Assembly (NCBI GenBank): GCA_017441205.1
Contig: JAFRYG010000150.1
Location: forward strand, 3,931-67,930
Length of the DNA: 64,000 nucleotides
Direction: 5' to 3'
From: Pseudomonadota bacterium
GTDB lineage: Bacteria > Myxococcota_A > Bradymonadia > UBA4248
Below, piece after piece: positions 38,616-48,880 of the stretch. Numbering within the stretch: position 1 is the stretch's first letter; each line of letters opens with the position of its first letter. The notes below the pieces were generated by a model. The model saw only the letters and a list, made by a program, of their open reading frames with translations. It was not told the origin of the DNA and made no database searches. The translations under genes and the position numbers were made by a program.

Positions 38616-39392
38616 TTAAAATGCAACCTGAAATGAAGTGTAGAGAGGAGATATCTTTAAAGATAAATCAGCATTGTCTTTGTGGTGTTTGTATTTATAG
38701 CCATAGATGCCGGCGAGTACGGCGCCAGTCACCGTCATCGCAGTACCGGCACCGACAAACGCCCACCCCAAAGAATGCATCCAGTTTTCAGTATAGGTGT
38801 CGGGAGCAAATCCCATTCCATTATGATAGCTGGCAGGTTCGGATGACAGGGCCATCCCCAGTCCGGTGGCAGCAAAAGCAAGTCCACCAATGCAGATGCC
38901 GGTACCGGCCCACATGATCGATCTATAAGCCTTGATATCTTCGGATCTGTCGAGGATTGCTTTTTTTAAATTCTCTATTTCGCGCTGGTAACCTTCGATA
39001 CTTTCCGGAGATGCTTCCGGATGAGCAACAATATATTTTTCCGACCACAGTCTGTCGAGTAAATATTTATCAACGACAAATCGTTCAGTATTTTGTGTCG
39101 CTTTTTGCAGATAGAATAAGTATTTCTCATTATCATTTTTATTTTTATGGATACGTGCAATCGTATAATTGAGACTTGGTGAAAACTCACAAATACCTTC
39201 GAGCTGTCTGGATACCTTCAATGCCTGATCCCAGTTTCCGCTTTTGTATTCCAAATTGAGCTGTTCAAATCCCTGAACCCATTTTGGATTCTGATCAAGA
39301 TCATTGCAGTTGTCTGCATAGGCATTCGAAATTGCAATACAACAACACACACACACCAGGAATGCATGCAGGCAAAATCTTCCTTTTTTCAT
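38616..39392 (-). CDS. Secreted protein with a Gly-zipper hydrophobic C-terminal region. It is a possible distant paralog of 31974..32591 and is co-oriented 12 bp upstream of the DUF285 gene.
   Basis: Signal peptide MKKGRFCLHAFLVCVCCCIAISNAYA. GxxxG-rich segments (WAGTGICIGGLAFAATGLG, GAGTAMTVTGAVLAG). C-terminal ...SPLYTSFQVAF. Confidence 0.6.
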   Translation of the reverse strand: MKKGRFCLHAFLVCVCCCIAISNAYADNCNDLDQNPKWVQGFEQLNLEYKSGNWDQALKVSRQLEGICEFSPSLNYTIARIHKNKNDNEKYLFYLQKATQNTERFVVDKYLLDRLWSEKYIVAHPEASPESIEGYQREIENLKKAILDRSEDIKAYRSIMWAGTGICIGGLAFAATGLGMALSSEPASYHNGMGFAPDTYTENWMHSLGWAFVGAGTAMTVTGAVLAGIYGYKYKHHKDNADLSLKISPLYTSFQVAF

Positions 39393-39807
39393 CTTTTCCG
39401 AACCCTGTTATCCAATTTGATCGCACTATCAAAAGATTGAGATGCCAGCATCTCCGGTTTTATTTTAACAAAAACGTATCATTTGTCCACAAAGGCATGT
39501 ACGGCAGGCATCCATGGAAGGACTGATTCAAACCATCCGCCTGAGCGCTGACAGGTGCGAAAGTGTGGCGCGATGCCACTCGGAAGCGTTTGTCCTACAT
39601 TCCGAAAACGTTCAAATTCTTCACAGATACGAATCACAGTCCAACCAATAGAGATAAGTAAAGCTCATCAGCCCCATTGCATTGCCTTATTTTGACAGTT
39701 CCTGTCACAGCGGAGCTGGTGAAAAGATGTATTGCGTATTTTTGTAAGAGGCGATGGTAATCATCATAATTACGCATCGCCAATACAGAAGTTTCACCTA
39801 CTACAGA

Positions 39808-42336
39808 TCACTTTTTCTTCTTAATGTAAGCAGCTCCGGAGACTGTCTTCATAAAGTCATCAGCTTTTTGATGGTATTTTCTTCCCATGGGATCATCCGC
39901 ATAGAAATTGGTCCCGTCATATCCGTAAACCGTAATATAATGTCCGGCGTTTGTCCAGTAACCAGCTTTTCCGTGATATACGACAACATAACCACCGGCT
40001 TTGAGCGTATCAATTATTTTATTCTTATCCTTCCCGGCAACATAATTGCAATCGATGTTGTATTTGGAAACCGTTTGAATTGTGCACATTCTGTTATCTG
40101 AATACGTTCCCCGTATGTCCCTGTTTTCGGAACCGGTTTTTTTAAACTCATCAGCAATCGTTTTTGGGGTAATTGCTTTAGTTTCTGCCAATGCCGAGAG
40201 CGCATTGGCCATTGAAGTGGGACCACATCCGTCCGATCCAATCGAACAACCGGAACAGGAATATTGTGTGCCTCCCCATTGGCCATCGCCCTGCGCATAG
40301 TTATTCGTTGCACCTACAAAATACGTCAGATTGTCCACTTTGGCGCCGTTCGTCTGTACATCGCTCGCCAAAACAAAGTATTTATTATCTTTATATGAAA
40401 TCTGATACCACTCTGGAGTCCAGAAGCTTTTTTTCACTTTACCGATGATTTCAAATGTCTCTCCCTTTTCCATAGTCCCGGCGATCTGAGCCACTTCGCT
40501 CGTATTGGGTGCCGTAATTCCCGAAGTATGTGTCTCATTGAGCAAAGCATTTGTATAATTGGGCGCAGGGAACTTATTTTGCGGAGATCGCCGGTATTGC
40601 ATCTTATTTTTGGCCGTGCCCATAGGTTTGCAAGGACAATTCATAGTTCCGCCGCACCCGTCGCTGACTTCGCCACATTCCATAAGCTCCGAACAGGCAT
40701 AGGGAATGCATTTATCAGTAATAATTGTCAGCGAGTGGTTGCAGTTCAGGAATGCATCCAGGCCACTGTCATCCATATAATGCCTGTTTCTGGGATCATC
40801 AAAATAGATCCTGTCATTTTCGCTGTCATATCCATAGACCATGACATTGCGGTCAGCTTCCCAATAATCCGAACCATCTTCGCCTTCATCAGCGATGATA
40901 TACCAACCATTTTTAAAGGCTTCCAAAAGCTTTTGTTTGGATTTATCACGCACGGAAGCATCGTTCTTCTTACTCTTGACGCAATTCATGCCATTCGTGT
41001 TATCGACATGTTCAGTGGTAAGGCGATACTCCTTTTCGATAAATTTGCGAACATGATCGCTCGATTTTCCAAACGTAGGACTCATTTTGTCCGCAACTTT
41101 ATCCGGTGTAATGGAATCATCTTTTTTAATGGTTGAAATTGCATCGGCAACGGAAACGGGGATACCGCCCATCTTTTCAATTGTGTAATCGCTAATCCTG
41201 GCATCTTTCCAGCGCGTATCCATTTGATAATAATTGTTGGACGGTACAGAAATATTTTTCAGTGACGGAACCTCCAGATCATTGATACGTTCAATATTTG
41301 CCGAACGCAGATAACCTTTGAATTCATGATACTGTACGAGCAATATATCCCCGACAGCACCTACGATATCGACAACTTCCCCCTTCGGTATTTTGGCTAC
41401 GATCTGCGAGGGCTCATTGGGACGATCGGCATACAGATCCTCATTCGGGAAATTATGCTGCGGCGTGCGATGCAACTGTATTTCTTCAGCATTGGGATTA
41501 GCTTCGTCGGGTTTTACGCGCCCCTGGGGAATAGTTGCAGAAGCATCTGCCACACACGCACTGGTATCCAGCGAACAATCCTCATTGCATGCCAATGCCT
41601 TACCTTCCGGGAGGTGCATGCCTTGCGGGCAGGAAGCATTGCCGCTCATACTGCCACCGTCGCAGATTTCTTCCTCATCCAACTTGCCATTGCCGCACGG
41701 CCCGGAAGATTCATCCGGAACGCATGCATCCGTATTTAAGGTACAATCCGAATTGCAGCTGAAATCCGCATCCGACGGCAGGTACATACCTTCGGGGCAT
41801 GATGCTTTGTCGCTCACGCTTCCACCATCACAGACCTCGCCATCGTCCAGCTTTCCATTGCCGCATAAATCTGCCGATGCATCGGGGACACAAGCGTCAG
41901 TATTAACTGTACAATCCGCATTGCAGCTCAGACTGGCATCCGCCGGCAGGTGCATTCCCTCGGGACAAACGGCTTTATTGCTCATGACTTCGCCGTCGCA
42001 AACTTCGCCTTTCTCCACCTTCCCGTTGCCGCAGAGTTTTTTGGATTCATTCGGTACGCATGCATCTGTATTCAGTGAACAATCTGTATTGCAGCTCAGT
42101 GCGGCATTCGACGGCAAGCTTGTTCCCTCAGGACAGGATGCTTCATCACTCAATAATTTATCATCGCAAATCTCATCCTCATCCAGCACGCCATTGCCGC
42201 AAAGCGAAGGATCTGCCGAAGAAACGGATTCACTGGAACACGCGGATGCCATCAAGACAAATGAAAGCAAGGTAACCCATTTGAACCGTCTTGTAATGTT
42301 GTGCGTTACCCTTTCAAAAGACAGTGAATATTTCAT
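39808..42336 (-). CDS. Secreted lipoprotein with 5 Cys repeats followed by two SH3b + C39-like (papain-fold, Peptidase_C39_2-type) units. Only the second unit carries the canonical Cys/His.
   Basis: AAGGAG RBS. Lipobox LMASAC. The repeats are CGNG.LDEDEICD...SCPEG..LP...SCN.DC.LNTDACV x5. Unit 1 reads YYQMD.RW...GGIPVSVADA...VMVYGYD, with no Cys or His. Unit 2 reads YAQGDGQW...CGPTSMANAL...AGHYITVYGYD, with Cys at about 40225 and His present. Confidence 0.8.
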   Translation of the reverse strand: MKYSLSFERVTHNITRRFKWVTLLSFVLMASACSSESVSSADPSLCGNGVLDEDEICDDKLLSDEASCPEGTSLPSNAALSCNTDCSLNTDACVPNESKKLCGNGKVEKGEVCDGEVMSNKAVCPEGMHLPADASLSCNADCTVNTDACVPDASADLCGNGKLDDGEVCDGGSVSDKASCPEGMYLPSDADFSCNSDCTLNTDACVPDESSGPCGNGKLDEEEICDGGSMSGNASCPQGMHLPEGKALACNEDCSLDTSACVADASATIPQGRVKPDEANPNAEEIQLHRTPQHNFPNEDLYADRPNEPSQIVAKIPKGEVVDIVGAVGDILLVQYHEFKGYLRSANIERINDLEVPSLKNISVPSNNYYQMDTRWKDARISDYTIEKMGGIPVSVADAISTIKKDDSITPDKVADKMSPTFGKSSDHVRKFIEKEYRLTTEHVDNTNGMNCVKSKKNDASVRDKSKQKLLEAFKNGWYIIADEGEDGSDYWEADRNVMVYGYDSENDRIYFDDPRNRHYMDDSGLDAFLNCNHSLTIITDKCIPYACSELMECGEVSDGCGGTMNCPCKPMGTAKNKMQYRRSPQNKFPAPNYTNALLNETHTSGITAPNTSEVAQIAGTMEKGETFEIIGKVKKSFWTPEWYQISYKDNKYFVLASDVQTNGAKVDNLTYFVGATNNYAQGDGQWGGTQYSCSGCSIGSDGCGPTSMANALSALAETKAITPKTIADEFKKTGSENRDIRGTYSDNRMCTIQTVSKYNIDCNYVAGKDKNKIIDTLKAGGYVVVYHGKAGYWTNAGHYITVYGYDGTNFYADDPMGRKYHQKADDFMKTVSGAAYIKKKK

Positions 42337-42404
42337 GATTTCTCCTTACTATTGTTCCACCGGAAGTGGGAGTCGTTTACTGGTTTGCAATATCTTACCA
42401 ATCC

Positions 42405-42460
42405 ATGCGGCGTATGAAATAGCCGCATGGCGAAGGCGTATTTGGCGCAGCCAAAAAGCC
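42405..42460. repeat. REP-like element pair (atgcggcGTATGAAATAGCcgcat, then ggcGTATTTGGCgcaGCCAAAAAGCc).
   Basis: Same core. The first hairpin is identical to the second hairpin at 36025..36046. Confidence 0.55.
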
Positions 42461-42658
42461 GAAGCCCCCAAATTAAAAGGCTCTGCTTAACGTATTTGAA
42501 TTTTCTGCTGATAAATGAAATTTTGGCTTGGAGTTCGAAGCGCTTGTTCTTGCCATCGATAGTGGGAGCAGTAGCCCCCACGCTGAAAATAGCGAGGGGG
42601 CCCATGAAGCGGACGAGGAAGAGGCTGAAAAGAGCCTCAATGGCTGTCCAAACGAATA

Positions 42659-45600
42659 TTATTTCCTATAAACGTAACCGATAAGTTTGTCTTTGATCTG
42701 ATTCTCACAATTGGACGCATCCGTGATAAAGAAAGTATTCCCCACTTTGCACTGATAGAGCGCTACAGTATTCTTCTGTTTTGACTTGAATGCATATCCC
42801 ATCGGTCCCATGTTGAAGTTGCCATCACAATTGACGTTTGTTGAAATCTTGGTTTGATAGTGTTGTTTGGAATCTCCAAAACGACATTCATAAAGCATGA
42901 TGGGATCACCAAAAGTAGGTTTATCGCGGTAAATCTTCCAGGAATTTTCATGATGAAATCCATCAGGCGGCATTCTCGTTGTTACCCAACGATTACCCGT
43001 GCTCGAATTGAGATACCTCGCTAACTCCACGTATGGCAATAATTCGAAACCACATTTGCCAGCCCCCGGCTTATTGGCATTGACATAGGTCGACCATGCT
43101 GGTTTTGGTGTTTTGCCATCCTCTCTAACGAGTCCCAGATTCAACCCTTCATGCGCAACATCCTGGTAGCGATGATATATAAAGCTCTCAATGCCTGGCG
43201 TTCCTAAAACATTTTTAAACGCCTTGCAAAGGTAATCATTCTGCAAATTTAGTTGACTGCTATTACCGGGATTACCATTGATGCCATTTTCTGTTAGCTG
43301 GATTTCCCAGGCATAGGGTTTGTCGGGATAATGCTGACGCAGCCAGCCGGACAGGACACCAATATTGCCAAAGGAGATAATAGGCCAATCATTTGCACCG
43401 AATTGGGGTTGTGTTAAATCAGGCGGATAGGAATGAAAAGCGAGCCGCCATTCCCGAGTTCCGAGCTGAGGGACAAGTTTTTGAATAAAGTCTTCGACAC
43501 TCTTGTGTCGCCATGTATCAATACCGTGAGCGAACATGTGATCGAAAGAAATCAGGACCTTAGCTTGCTTTTGTTCTGCACGGATATAATCGTACGCTTT
43601 ATTCCAATTCGCCGCATAATTCTTTACCCAAGGGTCCAATTGACAATCACTGACATCCTTACATCCCATGTTATACCAGTGTGAACAGTTCACTTCATTG
43701 TGTATGACGAAGTCGGCAACTCGTCCGCCTTTATTACCATCATGTTCAATACCATTATAATACCAGGCTAAAAATCCTGCAAAACGGCCATAATCATCGG
43801 CTGCTTCTGGTTTGGTGGCACAAAAAATAGAGGCTGCAGTATATTTGGAATTACAGTTAATCTTAGCCCAATCCGGCACTCCATAGACGATCGCAGTTAC
43901 AACCACACCAGCGTCTGTATATTTTTTAATTTTATCCACATAACTTGTTTTATAACAATATCCCTTATACTTGACTTCACCTTCGCTGCAATTTGTTTTT
44001 TTACTTGGCTGCATATTTGCCCAAACCATATTGAAGACGACGCCGTGTACGTTGCTGTCAATCATTTTTTGCGTATCACCGGCATCCGGCTGAATGCCTT
44101 TAATACTTTTTCTCTTGGGGTAAACATCTTTGTTTATACCACACACTGACTCAACACATGCTTTTCCGTCTGAACATGTACAATTCAGTTTGCCGCCGCA
44201 TCCATCATTGAGAGAGTCACCACATTTCCCGACGTAGTTCGCACAGGTTTTGGGCGTGCATTTTTTGTCTGCCGGTTTGTTCGTTATGACAAAAATACTA
44301 TGCGTATAGTTGAGAAACTCTTCCATACCTTTTTGCATGTAATGTACATTGACAGGGTCATCGACATACAGCGTATCATTGGCTTTATCATATCCATACA
44401 CAGTTAAGAAATGTCTGCTGTTATCGGCTGTCCAATAACTTGCGGCACCTCCTTCCAATGCGACGACATACCAGCCATTCTTAAAGGCTTCCTCTATTTT
44501 TTGTTTTGTATTGCTGCGAGTAGCAGCATCGTTTGCAGTTGTTGAGGTATCTGTTCCATAATTCATTCCCTTGGATGTATCAATATATTCACATTCCAAA
44601 TCAAATTCTCTCTCGATCATTGGGCAGACAACAGCTCTTTCTGTGCCTTCTCCGCTGGTAATATCCTGATAAAGATCCATTTTTTTTGCAATCGTCTCGG
44701 GCGTAATATCTTTGTTGTCTTTAAGTATTGCAATTGCATTTGCCAATGCAGTCGGGCCGCCGCCATGGACGCCAATATTCGTCGTTCTGTACTTTACATC
44801 TTTCCATTTGGCATCATTTTGGTAGTAGTTGGGCGTAGATGCAGATGAATAATCAATCGTATCTACAGGTGAATCATTGATTAATTCTATATTATTGCTG
44901 TGAATATAATATTGGCCGTCATCGAAATCGATCAGATAAGATCCGCCGAGAAATGATTTTTCGCCAACAATTCCATGAAGTTCTACTGTATCCCCCTTAT
45001 TGATGTGACCGACAATTTGTGGTTTTTCTGCATCCCCATGTTCATTCTTTAAAGTGTCATTGGGGTAATGATATTGAGGCGTACGATGAATGGGAATTTC
45101 TGTGAGCGTGTCATGCTTGACAATCCCCTGAGCGGGTTCAGCGGGGCCTGGCGGATCAGGAGGTAGCTCATCCTGCACACATGCACTGGTATTTAATGTA
45201 CAATCCTCATTGCAGGTCAATGTCTGACCTTCGGCGAGATGTGTATTTTCGGGGCAGGATGCAGACTTACGTATGAGGCTGCCATCACAGATTTCTTCTT
45301 CGTCCAAAGCCCCATTGCCGCAGGGGTCTTCCTTTTCGACCGGAATGCATGAACTGGTATCCAAAGTGCAGTCTTCCCTGCATAACAAGCTGGCATCTGA
45401 CGGCAAATATGTACCTTCGGGACAGGATGCAGCCTTGTTAAAGATATCACCATCACAAATCTCGCCCTCATCCAAAGCTTCATTGCCGCAGGGATCAGAG
45501 GATGCTTCAGCAACACATGCATCGGTATTCAATGTGCAATCATCGTTGCAGGTAAAATAGGCATCCGGCGGTAAGTATTTCCCTTTTGGGCAGGATGCAC

Positions 45601-45814
45601 TGCGGCTCAGTTTTTCAGCATCACAAATCTCACCCTCATCCAGCACGCCATTGCCGCAGAGAGCAGAGGGGTCCGAATTATCATCATCAGCACCAACAGA
45701 GCTGACGGATTCGTCAGAACATGCTGCCATCAAAACGCATGCAAGGATCGATGCCCATGCCGAACATTTTGATATGCGATGAGAATTTCCAAATAATAAG
45801 AACCGATCTTTCAT
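42659..45814 (-). CDS. Secreted lipoprotein with 3 Cys repeats, SH3b-like, a C39-like unit with Cys replaced by Gly, and a C-terminal about 500-aa domain that resembles a clan GH-A (TIM-barrel) glycoside hydrolase.
   Basis: Start trimmed to MKDRFLLFGN...ILACVLMAAC (GGAGG RBS). HGGGPTALANA...SRHFLTVYGYD. The C-terminal part has IHNEVNCSHW (NE acid/base-like) and WEIQLTENGI (TE.G nucleophile-like) blocks. The GH assignment is tentative. Confidence 0.75.
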   Translation of the reverse strand: MKDRFLLFGNSHRISKCSAWASILACVLMAACSDESVSSVGADDDNSDPSALCGNGVLDEGEICDAEKLSRSASCPKGKYLPPDAYFTCNDDCTLNTDACVAEASSDPCGNEALDEGEICDGDIFNKAASCPEGTYLPSDASLLCREDCTLDTSSCIPVEKEDPCGNGALDEEEICDGSLIRKSASCPENTHLAEGQTLTCNEDCTLNTSACVQDELPPDPPGPAEPAQGIVKHDTLTEIPIHRTPQYHYPNDTLKNEHGDAEKPQIVGHINKGDTVELHGIVGEKSFLGGSYLIDFDDGQYYIHSNNIELINDSPVDTIDYSSASTPNYYQNDAKWKDVKYRTTNIGVHGGGPTALANAIAILKDNKDITPETIAKKMDLYQDITSGEGTERAVVCPMIEREFDLECEYIDTSKGMNYGTDTSTTANDAATRSNTKQKIEEAFKNGWYVVALEGGAASYWTADNSRHFLTVYGYDKANDTLYVDDPVNVHYMQKGMEEFLNYTHSIFVITNKPADKKCTPKTCANYVGKCGDSLNDGCGGKLNCTCSDGKACVESVCGINKDVYPKRKSIKGIQPDAGDTQKMIDSNVHGVVFNMVWANMQPSKKTNCSEGEVKYKGYCYKTSYVDKIKKYTDAGVVVTAIVYGVPDWAKINCNSKYTAASIFCATKPEAADDYGRFAGFLAWYYNGIEHDGNKGGRVADFVIHNEVNCSHWYNMGCKDVSDCQLDPWVKNYAANWNKAYDYIRAEQKQAKVLISFDHMFAHGIDTWRHKSVEDFIQKLVPQLGTREWRLAFHSYPPDLTQPQFGANDWPIISFGNIGVLSGWLRQHYPDKPYAWEIQLTENGINGNPGNSSQLNLQNDYLCKAFKNVLGTPGIESFIYHRYQDVAHEGLNLGLVREDGKTPKPAWSTYVNANKPGAGKCGFELLPYVELARYLNSSTGNRWVTTRMPPDGFHHENSWKIYRDKPTFGDPIMLYECRFGDSKQHYQTKISTNVNCDGNFNMGPMGYAFKSKQKNTVALYQCKVGNTFFITDASNCENQIKDKLIGYVYRK

Positions 45815-45977
45815 TGTTTTAAACCTCCATACGTGATGTTTTGATGCATGCAAATCGCATTGTACTTTATGTTGAGAGTTTCTGAGTCAAAAGGTATGTT
45901 CCGTGTTTCTGTATGATGCAATCATGCCCCTCTGTATTGTACTTCGCCAATGCAGAGGTTCATATATCACTGTTCAT

Positions 45978-48533
45978 TCATTTCTTTTCGATAAGAGCCA
46001 TATCTCCGCATGTAGTCATAAAATCATTCGCATTTTGATGATACCTTCTCGACATGGGATCATCGACAAAGAAGTCCTCGTCATCATAACCATATATTAA
46101 TACATATTGACCATCATTGGTCCAGTATTTTCCAGTCTGAATTGCAATAACGTATCCGCCGTTCTTGATCGTATCCTTGACAGTATCAATGGAGTTTGGT
46201 TTAATCTCACAACTAATATTATAATATTTCTGTGATGCGTCGCAGGCAGAATCAATATTTGTCCCACCTTCGGCTTCTGCAGCACCAACTATTTTGAATT
46301 TCTCTGCAACTTCGTTCGGTTTAATATCCAAATTGAGGAGAGCCGTGATCGCATCTGCCCAGCAAGTGGGAGCGGATCCGGAATTATCCATATTACAGTT
46401 GGTACAGGAATACGGGGCATTTTTCCATTGGGCATCGGCTTGATAATAATTGATTGTTGCACCGGAAAAATAGGTCAAATCATTAATTGCGACGCCATTC
46501 GTTTCTACATCACTGGCCAGAATATAATATTTTTGATTGTTGTGGTAAATTTGATACCACTCCGGTGTCTTGGAAGATTTCTTCACTCTGCCAAGAATCG
46601 TGATTGGTTCATCTTTTTTTAAATAACCGGCGATCTGGCTCGGTTCAATACCGGTCAAGCCAAAATCATGATCCTCATTTAGTATCTTTGTGTTAGCAAA
46701 CTTGTTTTGTGGTGAACGTCTGTATGGGGTGTTATCCTTCTTGGCTCTGGGCCTCTCTACTTTTGTATTTTCTATAATATAAATCGTATGCAAATGGTTG
46801 AGGAATTCTTCCATTCCTGTCTGCATATAATGGAGATTGAGCGGATCATCAACATACAGCGTATCTTTATCTTTATCGTATCCATAAACGGTAAGGAAAT
46901 GATATTTATCCTCAGGGCTCCAGTAATCTCCGCCCTCGAGGGCAATGATGTACCCCCCCCTTTTAAAAGCGTTTTCCATCGCCTGCTTTGTTTCTGTGCG
47001 CGTTTTATCAGTCTTGCCGGCGTTCATACCGCCGGAAGTATCCTTCTTCACACAATTCAGCTGATATTCAGACATGATCATGGGACAGATGATACCCTTG
47101 TCCGTCCCAATATTGTCTTTGTACTGATAGAGGTCGAGCTTTTTGGCAACCACTGCAGGGGTAATACTTTTATCTTCTTTTAGAATGGCGAGTGCATTCG
47201 CCAACGATGTCGGACCGCCGCCATGTTCACCAATTGTCGATGTTCTGTATGGAGTATTACCCAAACTCTTGTCATTCTGATAGTAATTAGGTGTGGAAGC
47301 TGACGAATAATCAATGACAGGGACCGGGATATTATTCACGCGTTCGATGTTGCTGCTATGAATATAATACTCGCCGTCACTAAACTGAATTCGATAATAA
47401 CTGCCAAGATATGAATTCTCTCCCATGACTCCAAGAAGATCGACGATTTCACCCGTCTTAAGATTGCCGACGATCTGCTTTGGTTCCCCTTTATGATCAT
47501 TTTTCAGAGTATCATTCGGGTAATGATACTGAGGCGTCCTGTGGATGGGTATTTCTTTGAGCGTGGCGTGAACGACTTTTCCTTTTGGGGGTTCACAGGC
47601 ACTCGTATCCAGGGTGCAATTTGCGTTGCATGCCAAAGACTTACCCTCCGGAAGAGCCGTATTTTTCGGGCATGCAGCGGTTTTCTGAATGAGGCTGCCA
47701 TCACAGCTTTCTCCCTCGTCCAGGGCATTATTGCCGCATTTTTCAGGGATTTGAGCAGTCACACAAGCGGCGGTATTCAATGTACAATCCGCATTGCAGC
47801 TAAGGCTGGCATCCGATGGCAATTGCATACCTTTGGGACAAACCGCAGCATCACTCAGGATTTTACCATCGCAGATTTCTCCATCGTCCAGGGCATTATT
47901 GCCGCATTTTTCAGGGATTTGGGTAGTCACACAAGCGGCGGTATTCAATGTACAATTTGCATTGCAGCTCAGGCGCATCCCAGAAGGCAACAGAGTCCCC
48001 GCAGGGCAGGATGCATCATAGCTCAATTTTTCCGCATCACATATCTCGCCATCATCCAGCACACCATTGCCGCACAAAGACTCAGCTACAGCCTGAACGC
48101 ACGCATCGGTATTCAATGTACAATCCGCATTGCAGCTCAGAGCGGCATCAGGCGGCAGCCTCTCTCCTTCCGGACACGAAGCCCCATAGCTCATTTTATC
48201 AGCATCACATATCTCACCATCATCCAGCACACCATTTCCACATAGGATCGGTGCTTCATCCGGAACGCAGGCAGAAGTATTCAAGGTACAATTTGCATTG
48301 CAGCGCAGTCTGGCCCCCTTCGGCAGATGTTCTCCCGCTGGGCAGGATGCTTCATAAGCCAATATTTCAGCATCACACACCTCAGTATCATCCAACGCCC
48401 CATTGCCGCAGATTGGATCGATGACCGGATCAAGCGAACATGCCGCCATCCCGGTAAATGCAATCAAGGAAATCCCTCTGAGTTCCCCTGAAATACGATG
48501 CATTTTTTCGTGAAACGACGGCGAATGTTTCAT
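45978..48533 (-). CDS. Secreted lipoprotein with 5 Cys repeats and two SH3b + C39-like units, both with non-canonical active-site positions.
   Basis: AAGGA RBS. Unit 1 reads EHGGGPTSLANAL...KYHFLTVYGYD (Cys to Gly). Unit 2 reads NSGSAPTCWADAITAL...DGQYVLIYGYD (Cys shifted, His to Gln). The architecture is collinear with 39808..42336. Confidence 0.8.
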   Translation of the reverse strand: MKHSPSFHEKMHRISGELRGISLIAFTGMAACSLDPVIDPICGNGALDDTEVCDAEILAYEASCPAGEHLPKGARLRCNANCTLNTSACVPDEAPILCGNGVLDDGEICDADKMSYGASCPEGERLPPDAALSCNADCTLNTDACVQAVAESLCGNGVLDDGEICDAEKLSYDASCPAGTLLPSGMRLSCNANCTLNTAACVTTQIPEKCGNNALDDGEICDGKILSDAAVCPKGMQLPSDASLSCNADCTLNTAACVTAQIPEKCGNNALDEGESCDGSLIQKTAACPKNTALPEGKSLACNANCTLDTSACEPPKGKVVHATLKEIPIHRTPQYHYPNDTLKNDHKGEPKQIVGNLKTGEIVDLLGVMGENSYLGSYYRIQFSDGEYYIHSSNIERVNNIPVPVIDYSSASTPNYYQNDKSLGNTPYRTSTIGEHGGGPTSLANALAILKEDKSITPAVVAKKLDLYQYKDNIGTDKGIICPMIMSEYQLNCVKKDTSGGMNAGKTDKTRTETKQAMENAFKRGGYIIALEGGDYWSPEDKYHFLTVYGYDKDKDTLYVDDPLNLHYMQTGMEEFLNHLHTIYIIENTKVERPRAKKDNTPYRRSPQNKFANTKILNEDHDFGLTGIEPSQIAGYLKKDEPITILGRVKKSSKTPEWYQIYHNNQKYYILASDVETNGVAINDLTYFSGATINYYQADAQWKNAPYSCTNCNMDNSGSAPTCWADAITALLNLDIKPNEVAEKFKIVGAAEAEGGTNIDSACDASQKYYNISCEIKPNSIDTVKDTIKNGGYVIAIQTGKYWTNDGQYVLIYGYDDEDFFVDDPMSRRYHQNANDFMTTCGDMALIEKK

Positions 48534-48758
48534 GACACTTATCCTTTATGAACAATGATCCAAGATAAGCAAGATCGACCGCATCCGATACTTTTATTTC
48601 TACCCATACAGGTTCTGAGAATGCTGATTAAAAATCGGCTACCTGCTTGAATATAGCAGAGATTTTGTATCCTCTTAAGCATAAATCATCATTTTAATGC
48701 ATTTTTTAGCATGTCCACACGATCCAGGTGTGGCTGCACATCGCACCAAAAGTTCCGA

Positions 48759-48824
48759 GGGCGTATTTGCGCAGCAAATAGCCCAAGGCAGCATGCGCAT
48801 TGCCAGAGGCAAAAGCATGCTGGC
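48759..48824. repeat. REP-like element pair (ggGCGTATTTGCgcaGCAAATAGCcc, then gcagcatgcgcattgccagaggcaaaagcatgctggc).
   Basis: Same core family. Confidence 0.55.
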
Positions 48825-48862
48825 ACAAAAACAAAAAAGCCGCGCAAATGCACGGCTTTTAG
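48822..48862 (-). terminator. Rho-independent terminator for rpsA (minus strand: aagccgtgcatttgcgcggctt + ttttgtttttg).
   Basis: Hairpin plus T-run on the minus strand, 20-60 nt after the rpsA stop. Confidence 0.6.
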
Positions 48863-48880
48863 AGTCAATATCCGACGATA

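Noticed and set aside
42427-42684. 85-aa plus-strand ORF in the intergenic region between the C39-like paralogs.
   Set aside because: It overlaps REP-like hairpins, has no RBS and has a basic low-complexity sequence. It is likely non-coding.
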